Shown here: positions 23,783-32,000 of the stretch, piece after piece
Layout: the number at the start of each line of letters is the position of its first letter
Numbering within the stretch: the stretch's first letter is position 1
Assembly (NCBI RefSeq): GCF_000017845.1
Contig: NC_010546.1
Span: 960,001-992,000, forward strand
Direction: 5' to 3'
DNA from: Crocosphaera subtropica ATCC 51142
Lineage (GTDB): Bacteria > Cyanobacteriota > Cyanobacteriia > Cyanobacteriales > Microcystaceae
DNA: 32,000 nt
Made by a program: the position numbers and the translations under genes
Notes under the pieces: model-generated
The model's database searches: none
What the model was told of the DNA's origin: nothing
The model's input: only the letters and a program-made list of their open reading frames with translations

Positions 23783-25072
23783 GTGAAAAAAGTTCTAGCA
23801 ATCATACTCGGCGGAGGCGCAGGTACGCGCTTATATCCCTTAACCAAGTTACGGGCCAAACCCGCCGTTCCCCTTGCAGGGAAATACCGTTTAATTGATA
23901 TTCCCGTTAGTAATTGTATTAACGCAGAAATACTCAAAATCTACGTTTTAACTCAATTTAACTCTGCTTCTTTGAATCGACATCTGACCCGCACCTACAA
24001 TTTTACAGGCTTTCACGATGGCTTTGTAGAAGTTTTGGCAGCGCAACAGACAACAGAAAACCCCAGTTGGTTCCAAGGAACAGCCGATGCTGTCCGTCAG
24101 TATGGTTGGTTATTTGATGAATGGGATGTAGATGAATATTTAATCTTGTCTGGTGATCATCTCTATCGTATGGACTATAGTGATTTTGTCAAGCGACATC
24201 GAGAAACCGGTGCCGATATCACTTTATCAGTAGTTCCCATTGATGAAAAACGAGCATCTAGCTTTGGGTTAATGAAAATTGATGATAATGGTCGCATTGT
24301 AGACTTTTCTGAGAAACCCAAAGGGGAAGAATTAAAGCAAATGCAGGTCGATACCTCCATTTTAGGCTTAAACCCAGAACAGGCAAAAGAAAGCCCTTAT
24401 ATTGCGTCTATGGGGATTTACGTCTTTAATAAAAAGGCGTTAAATGACTTGCTTAAAAATAATCCCGAACAAACGGATTTCGGGAAAGAGATTATCCCCG
24501 GTGCAGCTAAAGACTATAATCTTCAAGCTTATCTATTTAAAGGATACTGGGAAGATATCGGGACGATTGAAGCGTTCTATGAGGCTAATTTGGCTCTTAA
24601 CCGCCAGCCAAGACCTAGTTTTAGCTTCTACAACGAAAAGGCTCCGATTTACACCCGTGCGCGTAATTTACCCCCTACCAAAGTCCTTAACTGTAATATT
24701 ACCGAATCCATGATCTCTGAAGGGTGTATGATTAAAGATTGTCGCATCCATAACTCGGTTTTAGGGATTCGTAGTCGCATTGAAACCGATTGTGTGGTAG
24801 AAGATTCTTTGCTGATGGGCGCAGATTATTATGAGTCTTTAGAGACTCGTCAATCTTTGCTTGATCAAGGTAAAATTCCTGTGGGTATTGGCAAAGGTAG
24901 CACCATCAGACGGGCGATCGTTGATAAAAATGCCCGTATTGGTCAGAATGTCACCATTGTTAACAAAGAAAATATAGAAGAATCCAATCGTGAAGATGAC
25001 GGGTTCTATATTCGCAATGGTATTGTTGTGGTTATCAAAAATGCTGTCATTCCAGATGGAACAGTAATTTAA
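23783..25072 (+). CDS. glgC: Glucose-1-phosphate adenylyltransferase
   Basis: [42 protein letters not shown]. 429 aa with a GTG start. Confidence 0.95.
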
Positions 25073-25083
25073 GAGATGTTAAA

Positions 25084-25108
25084 GGGGCGAACATTCGCCT
25101 CTTTTTTT
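25084..25108 (+). terminator. Rho-independent terminator after glgC
   Basis: ggggcgaa / ttcgcctc stem (7-8 bp including one G-U pair), followed by ttttttt. Confidence 0.7.
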
Positions 25109-25141
25109 CTTGAATAGAATTATTTTTTGTATGTTAACTTT

Positions 25142-25957
25142 ATGGATATTCGTCTTTTAGTTTTGGATATTGATGATACCATTGCCGGTAAATCTAATAC
25201 CGTTAGTGATGGCGTTAAACAAGCAATTAAATTAGCACAAAGCCAAGGCATTAGAGTGGCTTTAGCAACGGGAAGAATGTATTATTCAGCTAGGCGTTTT
25301 CATAAGTTAATTGCTTCTGATTTACCCATTGTTGCCTATAATGGTGCCTGGATTCAATGTCCTTTAACGGGAGTTCGTCATCATCATTTTCCTGTTGCCT
25401 CTGATATTGCTTCTCAATTGTTCGACTATTTTCAACAACCTGACTGGTTAAATCAACTGGAAATTCATTGTTATATTGATGATCGCTTATATGTACAAGA
25501 AATTACGGCAAAGACTGAAATTTATCGTCAAAGATCGGGAATTGAACCTGTCTTAGTTGAAGATTTACGTTCTATCTTAAAACAAGAAACAACTAAAATT
25601 TTAGCCATCGGAGAACCTAATTATATTGGCAAATTATTATCAAATCTACAGCAAATTTATCCCCGTGAAAAACTTTATTTAACTCAGTCTACACCTATTT
25701 ATTTTGAAGCAACTCATCCTCAAGCGAGTAAAGGGTTTGGGGTGCGTTTTTTGGCAGAAGAATTATTACAAATTGAATCCCATCAAGTTATGGCGATTGG
25801 CGATAATTTTAATGATTTAGAAATGCTAGAGTATGCAGGGTTAAGTATTGCGATGGGAAATGCACCCGAACAAGTGAAGCAGGTGAGCCAATGGGTTGCG
25901 GCCGATGTAGAAAATGACGGAGTAGCGATGGCAATTAATAAGTTTTTACTGGATTAA
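25142..25957 (+). CDS. Cof-type HAD-IIB phosphatase
   Basis: LLVLDIDDTI (motif I), ATGR, and the C-terminal GDNFNDLEML...GNA motifs. ATG 25142 is preferred over the upstream TTG. Confidence 0.85.
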   Translation: MDIRLLVLDIDDTIAGKSNTVSDGVKQAIKLAQSQGIRVALATGRMYYSARRFHKLIASDLPIVAYNGAWIQCPLTGVRHHHFPVASDIASQLFDYFQQPDWLNQLEIHCYIDDRLYVQEITAKTEIYRQRSGIEPVLVEDLRSILKQETTKILAIGEPNYIGKLLSNLQQIYPREKLYLTQSTPIYFEATHPQASKGFGVRFLAEELLQIESHQVMAIGDNFNDLEMLEYAGLSIAMGNAPEQVKQVSQWVAADVENDGVAMAINKFLLD

Positions 25958-26502
25958 TAAAAAAGGGAAGCAACCTCTACCAATGAATATCTCTTCCCTG
26001 TGAGTAATCATAGCAGATATCCCTGCGAAAACACAAGTATTACCCAGGTGAATTCCCTGAGATGAATCCATCAGCGATTGATAAATTTCAATGATAATTA
26101 AAGATAAAATAGCAAGTATTTATGTACTATTTTATTCACCTTGAAATTAAGAGCTAATATCTAAAATATGATAAATGTCAACGTTTTGTTAAAAAAATAA
26201 TTTTTTATATTACTTTTTGTGAATAACAAGCAAAAAAACTTGACTTTATGGCTCTTTCTATTGTTGCCATAACCAAGTATCCATCAAGAATGAGCCTAAT
26301 TTTAATTATTGTTAAGCTTTCTCAACAGAAAAGAGGTCTAAGACTTATCATCTATTACTGATGCTTCGCCTCAAACCTAATGAAAGCGAGCATATTAAAT
26401 GCAATCACAAGAGAAGCAAAATATCCTATTTTTGCTAATCTTCTATTACACTGTCCTCAATAGGAAAACCCTAAAGTTTATTGTCGAGAGAGGAGAACCC
26501 TC

Positions 26503-28749
26503 ATGGCAGACGTTACTGAGGCAAAGGCTAAGGTAACAGTCGATAAAGATCCAGTCCCTACCTCCTTCGAGAAGTGGGGAAAACCAGGACACTTCGACCG
26601 TACCTTGGCTAGAGGACCCAAAACCACCACTTGGATTTGGAATCTTCACGCCGACGCACACGATTTTGATAGTCAAACCAGTGACCTAGAAGATGTATCG
26701 CGAAAAATCTTTAGCGCGCACTTCGGTCATTTAGCCGTTATCTTTGTCTGGCTGAGCGGCATGTATTTTCATGGCGCCAAATTTTCTAATTATGAAGCTT
26801 GGTTAAGCGATCCAACCGCTATTAAACCCAGCGCCCAAGTCGTCTGGCCCATTGTGGGTCAAGGGATTTTAAATGGCGATGTGGGGGGCGGTTTCCACGG
26901 TATTCAGATCACCTCTGGTCTGTTTTACCTGTGGAGAGCGTCAGGCTTTACCAATAGCTATCAACTATACTGCACCGCCATCGGTGGGTTAGTGATGGCT
27001 GGTCTAATGCTGTTTGCTGGCTGGTTCCACTACCACAAAAGAGCGCCGAAGCTAGAGTGGTTCCAAAATGTGGAATCCATGATGAATCATCACCTAGCAG
27101 GATTACTGGGATTAGGCTCATTAGGATGGGCGGGTCACCAAATCCACGTTTCTTTGCCAGTGAACAAACTGTTGGATGCTGGAGTCGCTCCTGGGGATAT
27201 TCCTTTGCCCCACGAATTTATACTGGATGCCAGTAAGATGGCCGAGTTGTATCCAAGTTTTGCCCAAGGGTTAACCCCCTTCTTCACCTTAAATTGGGGA
27301 GTTTACTCAGACTTCTTAACCTTCAAAGGTGGATTAAACCCCGTAACTGGCGGTTTGTGGCTCTCTGATACAGCGCACCATCACCTGGCGATCGCAGTTC
27401 TTTTCATCATTGCTGGTCATATGTACCGTACCAACTGGGGCATTGGCCACAGCATGAAAGAAATTCTAGAGGCCCACAAAGGACCGTTCACAGGAGAAGG
27501 TCATAAAGGACTCTATGAAATCCTGACCACTTCTTGGCACGCTCAATTAGCCATTAACTTGGCATTATTGGGGTCATTAAGCATCATTGTGGCTCACCAT
27601 ATGTATGCGATGCCACCCTATCCCTACCAGGCGATCGACTACGGAACCCAGTTATCCCTATTTACTCACCACGTTTGGATCGGTGGATTCTTAATAGTTG
27701 GTGCTGGAGCCCATGGAGCTATCTTCATGGTTCGGGATTATGATCCGGCTAAGAATGTTAATAACCTCTTAGATCGGATGTTGCGTCATCGGGATGCGAT
27801 CATTTCTCATCTCAACTGGGTATGTATTTTCCTCGGCTTCCATAGCTTTGGACTCTACATTCACAATGACACCATGCGGGCTTTTGGTCGTCCTCAAGAT
27901 ATGTTTTCGGATACGGGCATCCAACTCCAACCCATCTTTGCTCAGTGGGTTCAAAACATTCATACTTTAGCCCCTGGTGGTACTGCACCTAACGCCCTTT
28001 CAACTGCTAGTTATGCCTTTGGTGGTGACACAGTAGCAGTGGCTGGCAAAGTGGCTATGATGCCCATCACCTTAGGAACGGCTGATTTCATGGTTCATCA
28101 TATCCATGCTTTCACCATCCATGTAACTGTCCTTATTCTTCTCAAAGGCGTTCTCTACGCCCGTAGTTCTCGTCTTATCCCCGATAAAAGTGAACTCGGC
28201 TTCCGTTTCCCTTGTGACGGTCCTGGACGAGGTGGTACTTGTCAAGTGTCCGGTTGGGATCATGTATTCCTCGGATTATTCTGGATGTACAACTCCTTAT
28301 CTATTGTGATTTTCCACTTCAGTTGGAAAATGCAGTCCGATGTCTGGGGAAGCGTCTCTCCCGATGGAGCAGTCTCTCATATTACAGGCGGAAACTTTGC
28401 CCAAAGTGCCATTACCATCAACGGTTGGCTACGGGACTTCCTCTGGGCTCAATCTGCTAATGTAATTAACTCCTACGGCTCAGCCTTATCAGCCTATGGC
28501 ATCATGTTCTTAGCAGGCCACTTCGTCTTTGCCTTTAGTTTAATGTTCCTCTTCAGTGGACGGGGCTACTGGCAAGAACTCATTGAGTCTATTGTTTGGG
28601 CTCACAACAAATTAAAAGTTGCACCTGCGATTCAACCCCGTGCATTGAGTATTATTCAAGGTCGGGCAGTGGGTGTGGCTCACTACCTGTTAGGAGGAAT
28701 TGTGACCACCTGGGCATTCTTCCTGGCAAGAAGCCTATCAATTGGCTAA
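26503..28749 (+). CDS. psaA: Photosystem I P700 apoprotein A1
   Basis: PsaA-like along its full length, including [12 protein letters not shown] (the Fx cysteines). GAGAGGAGA RBS upstream. Confidence 0.98.
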   Translation: MADVTEAKAKVTVDKDPVPTSFEKWGKPGHFDRTLARGPKTTTWIWNLHADAHDFDSQTSDLEDVSRKIFSAHFGHLAVIFVWLSGMYFHGAKFSNYEAWLSDPTAIKPSAQVVWPIVGQGILNGDVGGGFHGIQITSGLFYLWRASGFTNSYQLYCTAIGGLVMAGLMLFAGWFHYHKRAPKLEWFQNVESMMNHHLAGLLGLGSLGWAGHQIHVSLPVNKLLDAGVAPGDIPLPHEFILDASKMAELYPSFAQGLTPFFTLNWGVYSDFLTFKGGLNPVTGGLWLSDTAHHHLAIAVLFIIAGHMYRTNWGIGHSMKEILEAHKGPFTGEGHKGLYEILTTSWHAQLAINLALLGSLSIIVAHHMYAMPPYPYQAIDYGTQLSLFTHHVWIGGFLIVGAGAHGAIFMVRDYDPAKNVNNLLDRMLRHRDAIISHLNWVCIFLGFHSFGLYIHNDTMRAFGRPQDMFSDTGIQLQPIFAQWVQNIHTLAPGGTAPNALSTASYAFGGDTVAVAGKVAMMPITLGTADFMVHHIHAFTIHVTVLILLKGVLYARSSRLIPDKSELGFRFPCDGPGRGGTCQVSGWDHVFLGLFWMYNSLSIVIFHFSWKMQSDVWGSVSPDGAVSHITGGNFAQSAITINGWLRDFLWAQSANVINSYGSALSAYGIMFLAGHFVFAFSLMFLFSGRGYWQELIESIVWAHNKLKVAPAIQPRALSIIQGRAVGVAHYLLGGIVTTWAFFLARSLSIG

Positions 28750-28752
28750 TCT

Positions 28753-28799
28753 AGGATAAAAGGACAGCGAAGCAACACTGGCCTTCTGTCCTTTATCCT
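28753..28799 (+). other. psaA-psaB intergenic stem-loop
   Basis: aggataaaaggacag ... ctgtcctttatcct: a stem of about 13 bp with one bulged A and an 18-nt loop, starting 4 nt after the psaA stop. Confidence 0.6.
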
Positions 28800-28928
28800 C
28801 TGTGTTTAAGATAGAGACGGACTTAAAAACCGTTTTCCCCTCTGTAGTCCCCTGGCTACAAGGATTAATGACATCAGGAAATGAGCATCAGCCTCATTGT
28901 TTTAGAGAGGAGAATTTCCTAAAAAGCT

Positions 28929-31142
28929 ATGGCAACTAAATTTCCAAAATTTAGCCAGGATCTCGCTCAAGATCCCACCACCCGTCGGATCTGGTATGGG
29001 ATTGCCACGGCCCACGATTTTGAAACCCATGATGGGATGACCGAGGAAAATCTATATCAAAAGATTTTTGCCTCCCACTTTGGTCATATCGCCATCATCT
29101 TCTTGTGGACCTCCGGCACCCTTTTCCACGTGGCCTGGCAAGGTAACTTCGAGCAGTGGATTACTGATCCCCTCAACATTCGTCCTATCGCCCATGCGAT
29201 CTGGGACCCTCAATTCGGTCAAGGCGCAGTTGATGCCTTTACCCAAGCAGGTGCTTCTTATCCTGTGGACATCGCTTATTCTGGGGTGTACCACTGGTTC
29301 TACACCATCGGTATGAGAACAAATGGTGATCTCTATCAAGGGTCTATTTTCCTCTTGATTTTGTCCTCCCTGTTCTTATTCGCTGGTTGGTTGCACCTAC
29401 AACCTAAGTTCCGTCCTAATTTAGCTTGGTTTAAAAATGCTGAGTCCCGCTTAAACCACCACTTAGCTGGTTTATTTGGGGTTAGCTCCTTAGCCTGGAC
29501 TGGACACTTAGTTCACGTTGCGATTCCTGAAGCTCGCGGACAGCACGTCGGTTGGGATAACTTCTTGTCTACCCCCCCTCATCCAGCCGGGTTATTACCC
29601 TTCTTCACTGGTAATTGGGGCGTGTACGCACAGAACCCTGACACAGCTAGTCATGTGTTCGGAACCGCAGACGGTGCAGGAACCGCAATCTTGACCTTCT
29701 TAGGTGGTTTCCACCCCCAAACCGAGTCTTTATGGCTGACAGATATTGCCCATCACCACTTGGCGATCGCAGTAATCTTCATCATTGCTGGTCATATGTA
29801 TCGGACTAACTGGGGCATTGGTCACAGCATCAGAGAAATCCTCAACACCCATAAACCCCCCAGTGGTAAGTTGGGTGAAGGTCATCGCAATATGTATGAC
29901 ACCGTTAACAACTCTCTTCACTTCCAACTCGGTTTAGCGTTGGCTTGTTTAGGGGTTGTTACCTCCTTGGTGGCACAGCATATGTATTCTTTACCACCTT
30001 ACGCTTTTATTGCTAAGGATTACACCACCCAAGCAGCACTCTATACCCATCACCAGTACATCGCTGGCTTCTTGATGGTGGGTGCCTTTGCTCACGGTGC
30101 TATCTTCTTCGTTCGTGATTACGATCCCGAAGCGAATAAAGATAACGTTTTAGCTCGGATGCTAGAACACAAAGAGGCCATTATTTCCCACTTAAGTTGG
30201 GTGTCTCTGTTCCTCGGTTTCCACACCTTAGGGTTATACGTCCATAACGACGTTGTGGTTGCTTTTGGAACCCCTGAAAAGCAAATCTTAATTGAGCCTG
30301 TGTTTGCTCAATGGATTCAAGCGGCTCACGGTAAAGCGTTATACGGATTTGATGTACTTCTGTCTAATCCTGATAGTATTGCTTCTACCGCTTATCCTAA
30401 CTACGGCAATGTTTGGTTACCTGGCTGGTTAGATGCGATCAACAGTGGCACGAACTCTTTGTTCTTAACCATTGGACCTGGAGACTTCTTAGTTCACCAT
30501 GCGATCGCCCTTGGTTTACATACCACCACCTTAATCTTAGTTAAGGGTGCATTAGATGCACGGGGTTCTAAATTAATGCCCGATAAAAAAGACTTCGGTT
30601 ACTCCTTCCCTTGTGACGGTCCTGGCCGCGGTGGTACTTGTGACATCTCTGCTTGGGATGCTTTTTACCTCGCTATGTTCTGGATGTTGAACACCTTGGG
30701 CTGGTTAACTTTCTACTGGCATTGGAAGCATTTAGGAGTTTGGACGGGCAACGTTGCTCAGTTCAATGAAAACTCCACCTACCTCATGGGCTGGTTCCGT
30801 GACTATCTCTGGGCGAACTCTGCTCAGTTGATCAACGGTTACAACCCTTATGGTGTAAATAACCTCTCTGTCTGGGCTTGGATGTTCTTATTTGGACACT
30901 TGGTTTGGGCAACTGGGTTTATGTTCCTCATCTCTTGGCGTGGATATTGGCAAGAGTTGATTGAAACCATCGTTTGGGCCCATGAACGGACACCGTTAGC
31001 GAACTTAGTTCGTTGGAAAGATAAGCCGGTGGCTCTTTCTATCGTTCAAGCTCGTTTAGTTGGTTTAGCTCACTTTACCGTGGGTTATGTGCTGACTTAT
31101 GCGGCGTTCCTCATCGCTTCTACTGCAGGTAAGTTTGGTTAA
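28929..31142 (+). CDS. psaB: Photosystem I P700 apoprotein A2
   Basis: PsaB-like along its full length, including [23 protein letters not shown] upstream. Confidence 0.98.
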   Translation: MATKFPKFSQDLAQDPTTRRIWYGIATAHDFETHDGMTEENLYQKIFASHFGHIAIIFLWTSGTLFHVAWQGNFEQWITDPLNIRPIAHAIWDPQFGQGAVDAFTQAGASYPVDIAYSGVYHWFYTIGMRTNGDLYQGSIFLLILSSLFLFAGWLHLQPKFRPNLAWFKNAESRLNHHLAGLFGVSSLAWTGHLVHVAIPEARGQHVGWDNFLSTPPHPAGLLPFFTGNWGVYAQNPDTASHVFGTADGAGTAILTFLGGFHPQTESLWLTDIAHHHLAIAVIFIIAGHMYRTNWGIGHSIREILNTHKPPSGKLGEGHRNMYDTVNNSLHFQLGLALACLGVVTSLVAQHMYSLPPYAFIAKDYTTQAALYTHHQYIAGFLMVGAFAHGAIFFVRDYDPEANKDNVLARMLEHKEAIISHLSWVSLFLGFHTLGLYVHNDVVVAFGTPEKQILIEPVFAQWIQAAHGKALYGFDVLLSNPDSIASTAYPNYGNVWLPGWLDAINSGTNSLFLTIGPGDFLVHHAIALGLHTTTLILVKGALDARGSKLMPDKKDFGYSFPCDGPGRGGTCDISAWDAFYLAMFWMLNTLGWLTFYWHWKHLGVWTGNVAQFNENSTYLMGWFRDYLWANSAQLINGYNPYGVNNLSVWAWMFLFGHLVWATGFMFLISWRGYWQELIETIVWAHERTPLANLVRWKDKPVALSIVQARLVGLAHFTVGYVLTYAAFLIASTAGKFG

Positions 31143-31176
31143 GAAACTTCCTAGTTAGCATGAGATAATAAATCCG

Positions 31177-31205
31177 TCCCCTGCCTTTCGGTGGGGGATT
31201 TTATT
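31177..31205 (+). terminator. Rho-independent terminator after psaB
   Basis: tcccctgcc (31177-31185), loop tttc, ggtggggga (31190-31198), then ttttatt. Confidence 0.65.
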
Positions 31206-31340
31206 ATCTGTAAATCAAAAAAATTATCTTCAGAAGCTAGGAATATTCAAACAAAATCAGTTACGTTATCAACAACCTCAAAAATTTGAAAACGATATTT
31301 TCAAAAATGTTTGAGATGATATGTAGAAGGATGACCCGTA

Positions 31341-32000
31341 ATGACTCAATACTTAATTAAACGCTTATTAATCGCTGTACCCACTCTGATTGCTATTAGT
31401 TTAGTTTTGTTTACTATCTTAGCATTAGCTCCAGGAGATCCCCTGGGAGAATTTGCCTCGAACCCTTCTATTACTGAAGAAGTTAGGGAAAACATTCGTA
31501 AAACCTTAGGACTGGATCAACCCATTCATATCCGTTATATTAAATGGTTTTTTGCCTTTATCAGAGGAGATTTAGGCTATTCTTTTACCAGTCGTAGTCC
31601 TGTTTTAAACCTTATATTACAACGTTTACCTACAACTTTATGGGTGGTAGGAACTGCTTATATATTCAGTGTTTTGATTGCTTTTCCTTTGGGGGTACTT
31701 TCTGCCATTAAACGCTATTCTTGGTTAGATCAAATCGTCACAACCTTTGCATTTTTAGGTTATTCTTTACCTACTTTTTTAACAGGATTATTATTAATTG
31801 TTATCTTTAGTGTTCAATTAAAATGGTTTCCTTTTATTTATAACAGTACCCTAAAAGTTACGAATTTTTCTACTTTTGTCGAACAAGTTAAACAGTCTAT
31901 AATGCCAATTGCTGTCTTAGCTTTATATCAATCTGCTGTTTTAATGCGCTTCATTCGTTCAGCTATTTTAGATGAATTGACCCATGATTATGTTCGGACA
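31341..32000 (+). CDS. ABC transporter permease (DppB/OppB-like), 3' end beyond the window
   Basis: MTQYLIKRLLIAVPTLIAISLVLFTILALAPGDP is a typical N-terminus for this family. The frame stays open to the window end. It is absent from the ORF track because it has no stop codon in the window. Confidence 0.85.
   Translation, partial: MTQYLIKRLLIAVPTLIAISLVLFTILALAPGDPLGEFASNPSITEEVRENIRKTLGLDQPIHIRYIKWFFAFIRGDLGYSFTSRSPVLNLILQRLPTTLWVVGTAYIFSVLIAFPLGVLSAIKRYSWLDQIVTTFAFLGYSLPTFLTGLLLIVIFSVQLKWFPFIYNSTLKVTNFSTFVEQVKQSIMPIAVLALYQSAVLMRFIRSAILDELTHDYVRT

Noticed and set aside
25958-26502. A long (545-nt) AT-rich region upstream of psaA, considered as a possible hidden gene or riboswitch.
   Set aside because: It has no ORF with an RBS and no convincing conserved structure. 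A long promoter and 5'-UTR region is usual for psaAB. The candidate -35/-10 hexamers I tried had poor spacing, so I make no promoter call.
26446-29927. Seven short ORFs inside or antisense to psaA and psaB (26446-26676, 27769-27963, 28072-28263, 28239-28460, 29052-29339, 29068-29316, 29730-29927).
   Set aside because: All lie entirely within the strongly supported psaA/psaB reading frames. They have no RBS and no recognisable motifs. They are typical shadow ORFs of long genes with biased codon usage.
1-32000. CRISPR arrays, rRNA genes and prophage or integron structures.
   Set aside because: I found no regularly spaced 25-40-nt direct repeats, no rRNA-like conserved blocks, and no attC-like or phage structural gene content. 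The only repeats are those listed as features.

Overview
An AT-rich cyanobacterial chromosomal segment. The assignment rests on HIP1 octamers (GCGATCGC) recurring throughout (for example near 4870, 10118, 13682, 14577, 18303, 22290, 23584, 27389, 29762) and on psaA-psaB, glgC, glpK, ispD and txlA. Most of the window is ordinary core genome:
- ribF (3' end)
- a protealysin-like M4 protease with an emfourin-like small partner
- a permuted papain-fold amidase
- a GT2 glycosyltransferase
- ispD and a DUF1802 gene
- an hddC/hddA-like heptose pair
- an OmpR/histidine-kinase two-component operon
- a NIL-ferredoxin and txlA
- glpK, a TetR regulator, a YbjN-like gene and a CocE/NonD hydrolase
- a SAM methyltransferase, glgC, a Cof-type HAD hydrolase, psaA, psaB
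- the start of an ABC permease

I see no rRNA, tRNA or CRISPR array.

The accessory, decayed part is about 18.74-22.35 kb. It holds gene stubs, an internally deleted IS1380-like element sitting in the remains of a restriction-modification-type methyltransferase gene, an orphan Phd/YefM antitoxin followed by a Uma2 (DUF820) nuclease, and two 233-bp noncoding direct repeats.

The items I rank as most worth follow-up:
1. The antitoxin-Uma2 pair and its repeat architecture.
2. A large serine recombinase homologue whose catalytic motifs look degenerate, packed directly behind the heptose genes.
3. A set of about 50-nt GC-rich hairpin mini-elements, one of them inserted in frame into a transposase.
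4. Three Shine-Dalgarno-preceded micro-ORFs (28, 50 and 93 aa) trailing the two-component system.

I cannot show that any of these is a new system. All family assignments come from motif recognition by eye, with no searches run.
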